From contig JAPMXV010000004.1 of NCBI GenBank assembly GCA_026936335.1, positions 310,001-374,000 on the forward strand: a stretch of DNA of 64,000 nucleotides. Reading direction: 5' to 3'. This document shows, one piece after another, positions 1 through 11,423 of this stretch. The stretch's first letter is position 1. Every line of letters begins with the position of its first letter. A model generated the notes under the pieces. That model made no database searches. It saw only the letters and a list, made by a program, of their open reading frames with translations, and was not told the DNA's origin. The DNA is from Mantamonas sphyraenae STR306. Taxonomy: Eukaryota; Protista; CRuMs. A program made the position numbers and the translations under genes.

Positions 1-221
1 CAGGTGGCAAGCACAATGGCCACGATGAGGACCTCGAATCCCAAGCGAGTGCACAAGGTCATGACCAGGGTCAGGGCAGGCGACTTGTAGTCTGCATGCA
101 GCTGGCGGATAAAGTCCAGGCCGTTCTGTTCGAGCGAGTCAAGCTCAAAGGTGGCTGCCATGGCCACTGCCAGGAGGGAGGCGGCAGTCAGCACGGCAGC
201 AACGGACGGACTGTGGGACAT
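1..221 (-). CDS. 5' part of a membrane protein, probably PAP2/glucose-6-phosphatase-like (runs off the window)
   Basis: Manual translation from ATG 221: MSHSPSVAAVLTAASLLAVAMAATFELDSLEQNGLDFIRQLHADYKSPALTLVMTLCTRLGFEVLIVAIVLAT... A hydrophobic leader precedes a 'GLDFIRQL...LT..M...T.LG' pattern typical of PAP2-family N-termini. Catalytic motifs lie outside the window. Confidence 0.45.
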   Translation of the reverse strand, partial: MSHSPSVAAVLTAASLLAVAMAATFELDSLEQNGLDFIRQLHADYKSPALTLVMTLCTRLGFEVLIVAIVLAT

Positions 222-305
222 TTGGGGATGGGATGGAGACAGGTAGGATTGGGTGGGTGGATGTGCGGAGCGCGGGTGGAGGCAAAGCGACAGCACGACA
301 CAGAC

Positions 306-2316
306 ATGGAGTGGCAACGGCAAATGATGCACAACAACGAGGAGTTGCGCGACTTTATGCGCGACATGTCGCAGTGGGAAGAGCAGATGGAGGCAAAGGA
401 TGCAGCGTTGCGGACGGCGGAAAAGCCGAGCCAGGATGTGCGTTTCTGATCGGTGGAAAGTGGTGGGATCACAAAGCGCATACTGACGCCATTGGGAGAC
501 CCTGCGGAACACCGGGGACGGTCGTGTTGTTCGGGAATGCACACATACACGTGCAACACACCGGATTTGGAATGGATGGACCCCTGGATGCGTGTGGGTG
601 GAACACTGGAATCGGGAACGCGCGCAGAAGCTGCCGCCGGTACGAGGAAAGGGCCAGACACGGAGTGAACGACAAGCGACAGCACGGAGCGAGACGTCGG
701 ACAGCAACAAGGGAGGAGGAGCAAAGGGGGAGGGCAAAGAGCAGGAGGAGGCCCAGCATGTGACGAAGCTGGACGACAAACCGCGGATCTCGTCGTACGA
801 CTACGATGCGTGGGCAAGCTACGATGTGGTAGGTGTGGAATCAACATCATCAGCAGGAGAGGATGGAGAACATTATGGGAGAGAGGTAACTGACACAGCG
901 GGAGCATCATACACGTTGCAGGACAAGGCTCTGAAAGATCTGGACGAGAAGGACGCACCGCAGGCAAGCAGCGGCGGCGTGCGCAAGGCTCCGCGGAAAA
1001 AGGTGGTGGATGCAGGGAGCGAAAAGGCACGGGGCAACGAATTCTTCAAGCGGGGACAGTACGCGCAGGCTGTGGAATGTTACAGCAGCAGCCTGGAGCT
1101 GGGACCGGAGCAGCCGGCGATTGTTTACGCAAACCGGGCTCAGGCGTACATCAAAATGGAGGCATACGAACAGGCGGAAGCAGACGCGCACCGTGCGGTG
1201 GAGGAGGATCCGACGTATGTCAAGGGGTGGGCCAGGCGTGCACATGCGCGCAAGGGCCTCCGCAAGTACGCCGAGGCGCTGGAGGACTTTGAGCACGTGC
1301 GTGGACTCAAGCCTAACGACGCAGACACACGCAAGCAAATCCGACAGCTGCGTGCATTGCTGCCGAGCCACGGGGCTGGCAGCAAGGTTCCAGAGCGGCC
1401 TCGGCGCAAGATTGCCATTGAGGAGGTGGAAGAGGACGAGGAGGACGAGGAGGTGGTTGTGGAGTTGAACTCCACGACAAACAACACAACAAAGAGTGTG
1501 ACGACAAGCACGTCACCAAGCTCGGGTGGAGGACGAGTGCAAAGCGTGAAGCCGCGTCGCAAAATGGCGATTGAAGAGGTGGAGGGGGATGACGATGATG
1601 ATGAGGAGGAGGTGGCCCTCCAAGCGTCACCGTCACCAAAGGCTCAGGACACACAGCGCAAGAGTGGTGGGAATCGTGTGCTTATCGAAGAGGTCAGCAG
1701 CGAGGGAGAAGAAGCCGAGGGAGAAGCAGCGGGCCACAGCAGCAGTAGCAGCAGCAGCAATGGAGCCAAGAGCAGCAGTGCAGATGTACAAACGGCCAAG
1801 GCGCTGGCAGCAGCCAAGGCGAAGCGTGCGGCAGAGGCAGAGGTGAAGGAGGCGGCAGCGGGAAAGACGGCGGGTGGCAGCGGGAAGAAGGGCAAGAAGA
1901 GCAAGAAAAAGAGCAGCAGTGGAGTGAGCAACAAGGCACCGATGAGCAGCATGAAGTTTGTCAAGACGTGGAATGCGCTGGAGGGCGACACAGAGAAGCA
2001 GTTTGAATTCGTGAGTGCGATTGCACCGGGCGAGCTGAAGCTGATTTTCAAGGACAACATGGAGTCCAAGATGCTTGTGTCGTTGGTAGAGCTGGTGGGC
2101 AGCGAGTACGTGGCCAGGGGTGAGGTGCGCCTTGCACTTCGCACGTTGGTGGGCCTGAGCAACGTGAAGCGCTTCAGCATGCTGCTTGCGTTTGCCGGAA
2201 GTGCGGGCAAGGCGACGGTGCGCGACAGTGTGGCCAAGGTGGCCGAGGCGTGTACAGACAGCGCCGACCAGGCGTTGTTGGCGCAGGTGACCAGTGTGTA
2301 CGGCGGGGCTGAATGA
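306..2316 (+). CDS. RPAP3: RPAP3/SPAG1-like TPR co-chaperone (R2TP complex)
   Basis: join(306..437,628..2316); phase-0 intron GTGCGT...CAG. Contains the N-terminal 'QMMHNNEELRDFMRDMSQWE' segment, a TPR clamp 'EKARGNEFFKRGQYAQAVECYS...YANRAQAYIK...YVKGWARRA', and an RPAP3_C-like tail 'FVKTWNAL...LKLIFKDNME...LSNVKRFSMLLAF'. Confidence 0.85.
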
Positions 2317-2339
2317 AAACGATGATGTCCTTCGAATCC

Positions 2340-2906
2340 TCATCCCAATCCGACACCCTGTGTCAGCTCGGACATGGTGTCTTGGTCAAGGTACGGGTTG
2401 TGCTTCCATACAATCGAGAGGGCGACAATGTGTTTTGGGGAGGCGTGTGCACGGAGTGTTTCGAGGACCCCTTGCTTGAGTTGGGTCTCGTTCTCGAGGC
2501 ACACGAGCGCCTCGTGCATGAGCGAGGCGCGCTGCAATACATCGCTGCTGCCGTGCATAATGTCATCCATGTCTTGTGGTGAGCGTATGAGAGAGAGAGC
2601 CGTGCGTGCGTCGCTCTCAGCGTCACACAGGTCCTCCAGGGCATCCAGCATGGCCGTCAGGTGTCGTTCCATCTTGCGGAGGCCATTGTAGACGTGGAGA
2701 GCATCGTTGACGCGTTCGTTGTCGAGGGAGAAGTGTTCTGGAGTTGTGTCTTGCTGGGGTACGGAGCCGAGGTTGGCCAAGATGGAGGCCGCTGCTGCGT
2801 CCTGCTCTGCCCAGGTCTTGTAGGCTCGGAGAAAGGTCACGTGGCTGTCCTGTATGGCCTGGACGCACTGGAGCACGACCTGAGCCGTGGGGGTGGAGGA
2901 AGACAT
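2340..2906 (-). CDS. CINP-like helical protein (188 aa)
   Basis: ATG 2906 to TGA 2340. Helical/coiled content, and the C-terminal 'LKQGVLETL...LSIVWKHNPYLD' resembles the CINP 'W..QPY' motif. The family call is tentative. Confidence 0.5.
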   Translation of the reverse strand: MSSSTPTAQVVLQCVQAIQDSHVTFLRAYKTWAEQDAAAASILANLGSVPQQDTTPEHFSLDNERVNDALHVYNGLRKMERHLTAMLDALEDLCDAESDARTALSLIRSPQDMDDIMHGSSDVLQRASLMHEALVCLENETQLKQGVLETLRAHASPKHIVALSIVWKHNPYLDQDTMSELTQGVGLG

Positions 2907-2956
2907 TCGAGCTGGGCTGGTCACACCGCCGCATCCATCAAAAACGACTCTTCGAC

Positions 2957-5852
2957 ATGAGCAGCAGCCAACCGCAGTTCTTTTTCAAGTCGGAGAACGC
3001 GCAGAAGCGTGCCGAGGGTGAGTGGGAATGGAGCGGGAGCCTGTGTGTGTGTGTGTGTGTGTGTGTTGGGTGGTTGAAAAAGTGTGGTTGGAATGGGGAT
3101 CACTGCCCCTTGGCGACGACCCTGGCGGCCACGTGGGCAGGTTGCACTCGTTTGCGGCGTGTGAGGCGCATCAACTGAGGCACGCAGATGTGTTGGTGGA
3201 GGAGACAGGGACACAGGATTGCGTGGTGAGAGAGGGGGAGGGCCGGGAGCAGAAGCTGACGCACACACATGCAATTTGGCAACGCGGTTCCTTTGTTTCC
3301 CAGAATTCATCTCGGTGGGCAAGAAGAAGGCGGCACTGGACGTGTTGCACTCTGTGGTAGTGTCGCGTCGCCACAAGCAGTGGGACGAAGCGCTGGAGAG
3401 CGTGATGATGCTGTTTCTGGACCTGTGTGTTCAGCTGCGTGAATCGCAAATTGCCAAGGAGGGTCTGTACCAATACCGTTCGGCGTGCTCGAACGTGTCG
3501 TACAACTCGCTGGAGGTTGTGATTGACCACTTTCTGAACCTGGCCAACGAAAAGGCAGCCAACGCAAAGGAAAAGGCGTTGACAATGAACCTGGAGCTGG
3601 ACGACCTGGAAGACGAGACGATGGAGTCTATGATTGTGGCCGCGGTGTCGGGCGAGGAGGCATCGGATCGCAACGACCGGGAGATTGTCGTGCCGTGGCT
3701 GAAGTTCCTGTGGGAGACGTACAGGACGGTGCTGGATACGTTGCGTTTCAACTCGAAGCTGGAGCTGATGTACCACAACACGATCGAAAAGGCGTTTTCG
3801 TTCTGCGAGTCGTACTCGCGCAAGAACGAGTTCCGCTCGCTGTGCTCCATCCTGCGCCAGCAGATGGGCATTTTGATGCGCTACCAGGACCAGTCGCAGA
3901 ACAGCGACCTGAGCGACCCGGACGTGCTTGCGCGCTTCCTGACGTCGCGCTTCCGCCAGTTTGAGGTTGCGCGCACGCTGAAGCTGTGGCGCGAAGCGTA
4001 CCAAACGCTGCAGGACATCCAGGGGCTGATCAACTTCAACACGGGCGCCAACCTCGTGTCGAAGCAGCATATGTTCCAGTACTTTGAGGGTGTGGCGCAG
4101 CTGTTTGCTCTGTCAGACAACCACCTGTACCATGCGCACGCGAAGCTGCGTCTGTTCAACCTGCTCATGCAGAAGAAGGGCGTGTCTGGGGAGGAACGCC
4201 GCGGCCACGCCGACGAGCTGCTGCTGTGTGCGCTTGTGGTGCCGGACCACGAGCCGAACCGTCCTGGCACGACGCTGCTGACCATGTCGCAGCAGCACGA
4301 GTACTACAAGCTGAAGCCGCTTGCAGACATGCTGGGGTTCACGTCGCTGGACCAGTCGCGCAACGCCTTGCTGCGCGAACTGCGCAGCAAGGGTCTGCTG
4401 AAGCTTGTGTCTGCCGAGGTGCGCGAGGCGTACACGCTGCTGGAGAGCACATACGACCCGCTGAACCTGGGCAAGCTGGTGGCTCCGTTTGTGGAGAGTG
4501 TGGAGAGCAACGAGAGGCAGGCGCGATACGCAGAGCTGCTGAAGAAGCTGTCTGCATTCCGCGTGCTGCAGCAGCTGGCCAAGGTGTTCCACAAGCTGAA
4601 GATGGAGCAGTTGCGCGAGCTGATCCCGTTCATGTCGTTTGCAGACTTGGAGGTGCTGATTGTGGAGTGTGTGCGCAACGGACGCCTGAACGTGATGATC
4701 GACCACGAAAAGGCATGCGTGGTGTTTTCGGATGACAACAAGTTCTGGGAGACGGAGAGTGCGCGCCAACAGCTGACGAACCTGAGCAAGAGTCTGCACA
4801 AGGCGATGCCGCTGATCGACCCGGAGCTGCGGGACAAGCGACGCATGCGCAAGGCAGAGCTGTTCAAGCAGATTGTGGCCAACCTGGAAGAGGAACACAA
4901 GCGTGTGATGCGACGCACGGGCGTGATCGAGCAGCGCAAAGAAACGCAGGAAAGGATCATGGAGGAGCAGATGCGTGCCGAGGAGCTGCGGGAAGCACGG
5001 GCGAGCAAGGCACGTGAGGAGTCTGAAGTGGCGCGTTTGCAAGAGGAGGCACTGTTGCGTGAACAGGAACGCATGAAGGAGTTGAAGGAGAAGCGCGAGG
5101 AGGAGGAGGCGCAGGAGCTGCGTGAGAAGCTGAAGGCCAAGGGCAAGGAGGTGGACAAGTCGTACACGGTGGAGCAAATGCGCATCACACTTGCGCGCCA
5201 GACGCGTCTGGAGATGCAGGCGGAGGAGAGGCGCATGGCGAGCCTGGCACGCAAGCTGGACCACATGGAGCGTGCGCGTCGCCACCTGGAGATGGAGAAG
5301 CTGGAGGAGTACAGCCGTGCGCTGTCGGAGCACAACGCAGCACACTTTGAGAAGGAGCAAAAGATGATTGTGGCGCAGGCGGAGAAGAAGCACTCGCTGC
5401 AGATGGCGGAGAAGGAGCGCATGAGCAGGCTGCTGACCGACTTTAGCGAGTTTGTGGACACTGCACTGGAACGGCGCGAGTACAGGTTCCAGAAGGCCAA
5501 GGCAAAGAGACAGAAGGAGCTGGCGGAGCTGTGTGCTCGCCGGGACAAGGAGCGTGCTCGCCAGGAGAGGGAGGAAGCAAAGAAGCGAGCCAAGGTGGAA
5601 GAGGCTGAGGCGCGTGAGCGCGAGCGCTTGGAGCGTGAACGCAGCAGTCGTGGGGACGCTGGCAATGAGGGCCAGGCTGGACCACGTGTGGCGGTGGGAG
5701 CCTGGGGGCAGCAGCGTGCGGGCGCAGAGAGCTGGCGAGAGGAGGAGGAGAACAGCGCCGACTCGGTGGAAAGCGATGAGTCGCGTGGACGGGGCACACG
5801 TGGGCGTGGGCGTGGGCGCGGGCGTGGACGTGGACGTGGGCGTGGTGCATGA
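2957..5852 (+). CDS. EIF3A: Eukaryotic translation initiation factor 3 subunit A
   Basis: join(2957..3017,3304..5852). Contains 'FKSENAQKRAE/EFISVGKKKAALDVLH', 'AKEGLYQY', 'PWLKFLWETYRTVLDTLR.NSKLE..Y', a PCI domain, a charged helical region and a C-terminal RG repeat. Confidence 0.97.
3042..3066. repeat. (TG)n microsatellite in the eIF3a intron
   Basis: About 12 TG units read directly. Confidence 0.9.
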
Positions 5853-5933
5853 GGTGGTTGTGGGATGTGGAATGGGAAATGAATTGAGGTTGTGGCCGAA
5901 GCGCTTGTGGACGCAGCACAAAATTTGCAAAGA

Positions 5934-6854
5934 ATGGTGAGTAGACGAAACATGCGATGTGTGTAAATGGGTACAGGAATGCGACGTACACGCAGTGGAT
6001 GGGCTGCGGAAGGGTGATGACGTGTGTGTGAGCGGTGCGAGGCGCGGGAAGGGCAGAGGGAGAGGAGGTGAATTGCATGCTGACTCGCTCTTTTTGGACG
6101 GCGCTACAGAGCTACGGAAAGTTTGTAGAGATCGGCCGCATCGCTCTGGTGAACTATGGCAAGGAGAAGGGAAGCCTGGTGACCATTGTGAACATTGTGG
6201 ACCAGAACCGAGTAAGTTTGCGGGCGGTGAAAGTCGCGGTGGGCGAGCGAATTTGCAGGCTGACGCAAGGCGACTCGCACACACGTTTCAGGTGCTGGTG
6301 GACAGCCCCAAGGAGATGCGCCAGCTGATCAACCTGAAGCGCCTGGCTCTGACCTCGCTGAAGATCAAGCTGCCCGTGGCTGCCCGTCATGCGACGGTGG
6401 TGAAGGTAAGAGGGGAACATGCGCCATTTTTGCATGCGTTTCCACGCAGCCTCTGCGCGCGCCCTTGCACACGCAGCGTGCATGTATAGCTTGTGCGCAT
6501 GCACGCACGCTGGGCAACCCTTCGCGTTTGCGTTGTGTGTGTGTGTGTGCGACACATGTGCGGCCTGTGGGATGTGTGAGCGTGTGCGGAGTGTAGATGG
6601 GACGCGGGAGTTTGGCTTGTTCTCTGTGTTCTCGCATGGCACTCACACAATGTGCGCTGTGTTGCTCGTGTGTACAGGCCTGGAACAAGGAGAACGTCGA
6701 GGAGCAGTGGAACCAGACCTCGTGGGCTCGCAAGCTGGCCGCTCGCAAGCAGCGTGCCAACAACTCGGACTTTGACCGCTTCAAGGCCATGCTCGCCAAG
6801 AAGCGCCGCAACAAGGCAGTCGGCAAGAAGTTTGTGTCTCTGAAGAAGGCCTAA
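5934..6854 (+). CDS. RPL14: 60S ribosomal protein eL14
   Basis: join(5934..5936,6110..6211,6292..6405,6678..6854); the first coding exon is the ATG alone. Contains 'KFVEIGRIALVNYG', 'IVDQNR/VLVDSP' and 'DFDRFKAMLAKK'. Confidence 0.97.
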
Positions 6855-7091
6855 TTGATCTGGGAATCTCGCAGAAATCAAATGCAACCACCGTCACACG
6901 TCACTTTGGCGTCACTTTGTGGTGTTGCTGTTGAGTCGCCGCGCTCTCTCTTGTTGATTGTGACCGTTTGTTTGCTGGATGACTGTGTGCATGCGTGGTT
7001 GTGTGAGTGTGTGCCTGCCGGTGGTGGGTGTGTGCATTCACTGCATCGGTGGGTGTGGATTGACGCGCTGAAGCAGCAAACGAAAACAAGC

Positions 7092-9060
7092 ATGGCGTAC
7101 CTGTCCCAGGCAGACCTGGAAGGCCTGCACCGGTACAAGTACGGCGGCCAGGATCTATCGCTGATCAACAAGTATGTGCTGGGTCCGTTTTGGAACTGGC
7201 TGATCACTCTGTTTCCGCGTTCGCTCGCGCCAAACATGGTAGGTCGAAAAGCGCGCGACAAAACCTGGACACGCGCCTCTGACACACGCGCGCGACCTCG
7301 TACATGGTGCAGATCACCACCATTGGACTGGCGATGACCGCCAGCACCTATGTGCTCTGTGTATACTACAGTCCCCTCGTGGACCAGGAGCTTCCGCGCT
7401 GGCTTTACTTTGCCATGGCCGCCACGCTTTTCGCTTACCAGACGCTCGACAACCTGGACGGCAAACAGGCACGCCGCACAGGCACCTCGGGCCCGCTGGG
7501 CGAGTTTTTTGACCACGGTGCGTTTGTTGTGCACGATGCACGTCGGAACATGATGCATGGTGCCATCCCCTCCTATCCCTCGGCCTGCTCAGAGAGTTGT
7601 TCATCATGCGCATCCAAATTGCACCCGAGAGGGCCCACCGCGTGGAAACGGAGGGCCTCGTGACCAGGCGTGCCCAGACAGTGCGCTAGATCCCCATGTC
7701 TCGTCGCGTCTTATCTCTGCATGGCCCACTGCTGCATCTGCCTTGTGCTCGCCATCCGCATGCACGTCCGCGGCGTCCTGTTCACATGCGCGCGCCATTT
7801 TCTGACACATTTCACCTGTTCGTTCCCCTGGCCACTTCCAGCCTGCGACTCGCTGAACGTGATGGTAAGCGCATACACACACAGACAGACATCCACACAT
7901 TCGAAGGGCGACATTGCATGAACGCTGACTCTGATATGTCAACAGCTTTGCGGCATGCAGCTCAGCACCACCGCCATGGCTGGCCCGTCGTACTTCTCCT
8001 TTGCTCTGTGGGGCTTTGCTGCCCCCACAGCCTTCTTCTTTCACACCTGGGAGGAGTACCACACCAGCACCATGATCTTGCGTGAGGTCAACGGCCCCAT
8101 CGAGGGACTGCTGATGATCCAGGTGTTCTACCTCGCCACAGGCTACTTTGGCCCCCAGCTGTGGGAGCAGTCGGCCTACGCCGCATTCCTCTCTGACGAA
8201 GACGTCGCTGCCTACAACCTGCCCCCCATGACCATTGCCTCGGCGTTTGCCATCTTTGGCTTTATCGCGGCCATTGTGACTGTCGCCGTCAAGTACGTTC
8301 CACACACACACACACACCCTTCCCTTTCCCCTTGCTTGGCCACAATGATGAGACAGCACTTCTTAGGACACCTTTGAAGCTCAAGAGAGCTCTTGAAACC
8401 AAACTGTGTTTACCCAAACTGAGTGTGCCAAGCGCTTGCCCATGGTTTCTCCCGCCAGCTCTTTTTCTCGCTTCACCCGTCGCTAACTCATGCTCCCCCC
8501 ACACACGTCTCGTTTCCGATATCTCCAGTGTCTATGCCGTGCTCTCCCGCAAGGCTGAGATTCTCTCGGGTTCCAACGACGCACTTGCCGAGCGTCTCAC
8601 ACACACGGGCTCCGTTTCCACTGCCGTTGGCCACCTCATGCCCTACCTTACCTGGCTCCTGGCGGCCAACCTGTGGGTCTACGCCTCGTCGCTGCGTGCA
8701 GACTCCTTCTACGTCCTGCACCCTCATCTCTCCGCCTGGACCGTCGGCTTTGCCTTTGCGCTCGTCACCGACCAGCTCATTGTGGCCCACATCACCATGT
8801 CTCGCTACTTTGCCCTCAGCTTCCCCAATATCCTCCTCCTTCTCCTCGCCTTTTCCGAGGCGGTCGTCATTTGGCGCCCGCAGTCTCTCCTCGCCTCCGT
8901 CCTCACTTCCGAGCGCCTCTTTAACGCCGCCGCCATCTACACTGTCTACATTTCCCTTACTTACTTCCACTACATCCGCGGCTGCGTCTCCCAGATCACC
9001 TCCTTCCTCGGCATCCGGGCCTTTTCCATTCCGCCTCCCAACCGCCAGAAGGGACTCTAG
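7092..9060 (+). CDS. Choline/ethanolamine phosphotransferase (CEPT1/EPT1 family)
   Basis: join(7092..7238,7313..7517,7842..7864,7946..8292,8529..9060). The CDP-alcohol phosphotransferase motif 'DNLDGKQARRTGTSGPLGEFFDH/ACDSL' is completed across a 23-nt exon; also 'LHRYKY', 'LAPNM/IT', 'TWEEYHT' and multiple TM segments. Confidence 0.93.
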
Positions 9061-9074
9061 GTCAATGAAAAGCT

Positions 9075-11314
9075 TCACAATGCCATCGCCCGCACTTGCT
9101 CATCCACATACTTGTCGATCTTCTTGCGCACATCCTCCGTAAAGTGCAGGTTCTTCTTGTGCTTCTTGCACCACTTTTCCTCCTTTGCCACAATCGTCTT
9201 TGTGAACTTTTTCGTCAACTGTTTCAGCTCCTCCTCGTCTCGGATCTTGCCCTGGTTCATCGCACTCACCAGCAGCTTGCGGATCACCTTGCTTGCCTTT
9301 TCGTGGAACCTCTGCATCCGTTCCTTCTTCTCCTTGCTCATCGGCTTCTTCATAGCCGCCCTCTTCTCCGCCTCCTCAGCCTCCTTCTTCAGCTTTGCCG
9401 CCTCCTCCGCAGCATCCATCACCTCTTTGCCTCCTCCACCTGCACTTCCTCCTCCCAATCCACGGTTGCGCTCCATGTTGCGCTTGGCTTCCTGCAATTG
9501 CGCCAAGTCCACCATAAAGTTTGACGATCCGCTCCCGTCGCCACTGCTCATGCTGCTCATGCTGCTCATGCTGCTCATGTGTGACAAATCGCTGTCTTCA
9601 CGTCTGAATTTGGCTGGCGTGTACGTGCTGCCTCCTCCTCCTGCCCCGCCGCCCAGCGAGTTGCGCGACCGCGACCCACCTTCGTGTGTAGGCATCGGTC
9701 CACCCGAGTGCAGCATGGCCATGCGTCGTCCCAGCAACTGCACTGCGCTGCTGCTGCTCGTTGGCGTCCCTGCTGCTGCTGCTGCTGCCGCCGCCGACGA
9801 CGATGATGACGATGCACTGCCCCCTTCCAGCATGCTGCGCTTGCGCTCGGGCGTGCTGTACATCTCCTCGCCTCCGCTCACGCTGTTTTCGCTGTCCAGA
9901 TCTATGCGCTTGCGTTTGATGCGCATTGTGTTCCACTTGTGTGCACTCTCCCAATCTTGCATCAGCCGTGCGCACACCTCTTTGCTTTCGCTCGTGTGGC
10001 CCGACGGGTCACTGGCCTCCTTTTCCGTTGCCTCTACATGCAGCTTCTTGACCATGTCGTACAGCTGCAACTCTGCCAGCTCCTCCTTGCTCACTTCTGC
10101 GTGTTGCAGCACCGTCAGCGTGTTCAGCACAATTGCGTCCCCTGGCGTCACCACACGCATACGCAGGATCTTGGCCAGGTTGCGCATGACTCCTTGCTGT
10201 GCACACAGTCTAGCAAGCACCTGCGACGACTCGGTGCGTCCAATCACTCGCATCACCTGTACCAGGTCCATGTCGTTGTTCTTGCGCTTGCGAATGATGT
10301 TTGCCAACTCTTTCAGCTGCTCCTCGCTCAGCCAGTCTTTCAGGCCATCCTTGCCATCCTGCTGGTACTGTGCCATCAGCGTCACGATGTTGCCGTGCTC
10401 CACACTGCTGTCCACCTGTTCCACAAGCTGCATCCCCAATTCGGCATCTTCTTCAGACACCCCTCGCATCTCCTTCTGGGCAACGCTGCCGATGACCCCG
10501 CGGCAGTTGGCACTCCCGCAGAAACATTCCTGGTTCTCCTCGCCGTATCGCTCAAATTGGTAGTCAAACGTAAGCTCTTCGCCAGCCGCCACGTCCCTGA
10601 TCGCAAAGAAGCCCACGCGCAGTTCGCCCTTCACCTGCCACTTTTGGGTCTCGCAGTTTGGGTCGCAGCTGTGGTTGATGAACCGCGAGATGTTGCCCAT
10701 GCGAGACGCGTCCAGGTACTCGTTCGACGTCAGCGACATGAAGTAAAAGTGCTCGCTGTTCTCGGCGTACTCTGTCGCACGCGCCGCAAAGATGGCCTGG
10801 TTGATCACTTCGCCACAGTACTCAATCACAAACTCGCCCTTGGCCAGCTCCCGTGTCGAACGCAGCCCTCGGCCCTTCTTCTCTGTCTGTGTCCTCAGTT
10901 GGCGTCAGTTGCCTGCCACTCGCCTCTCTTGCTTCGCGCCCTTTGCGCGCGCATTTTCACTACCCGCGCCCCTCTGTCCACGCCCCTGTCACCTACGTGG
11001 AACACCTCCAGGTGGCCGATGTCTGCCGTCGAAAACTGCTGGTTTTTGCATGCTTTGCCGTTTGGACAGCACTTGGGATGGCATTCCAGCCTGCTCTCTC
11101 GGTTCAGACACGATTCGGTCCCGCACAGCGTCTCCTCTGTGCACTCGCACACCATCACCTCCGACCGCTTCAGTTTAGCTGGCTTTCGGTGCACAAAGAT
11201 GTTCTCTGTGATGTTGCTGTATCGCGTCGATTGGTCGTCCGCAAGTTTGCGAGCCGCAAGCTCGTCCTGCGTCGAGCCCAACGCTTCTGTGTTTTGTGTT
11301 TGTTCCACCTCCAT
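9075..11314 (-). CDS. SETD2: Set2/SETD2-like histone H3K36 methyltransferase
   Basis: complement(join(9075..10886,10997..11314)). AWS 'CGTESCLNR...EC..KCCPNGKACKNQQF', SET 'GNISRFINHSCDPNC...EELTFDYQFERYG', post-SET 'CFCGSANCRG', and an SRI-like C-terminus 'LKQLTKKFTKTIVAKEEK...KIDKYV'. Confidence 0.92.
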
Positions 11315-11423
11315 TAGCTTTGTCTGTTCTACACAGTGTGTGTTTATGTGTGTGGTGTGTGGGGTGGGATGGGTGGCCTCTCGGTTGGCAAATTTGGCTG
11401 CCCAGAGCGACGCACGCACAGCG

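Noticed and set aside
6014-6086. Box C/D snoRNA in RPL14 intron 1 (GTGATGA...CTGA)
   Set aside because: The CTGA coincides with the CTGAC branch point, the terminal stem is weak and no rRNA antisense element was recognised.
4113-6284. Long antisense/alternate-frame ORFs (e.g. 4113..6284, 9939..11528, 19706..21328, 42260..45229, 58990..61104)
   Set aside because: Shadow frames of real genes in GC-rich, codon-biased DNA; no recognisable motifs.
306-6854. RPAP3, CINP-like, eIF3a and RPL14 as a functional ribosome/translation cluster
   Set aside because: Adjacent housekeeping genes are expected by chance in a compact genome, and the CINP call is tentative.
8900-9075. Selenoprotein I-type Sec/SECIS in the phosphotransferase
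   Set aside because: The gene ends at TAG with no in-frame TGA, and only 14 bp separate it from the next CDS.
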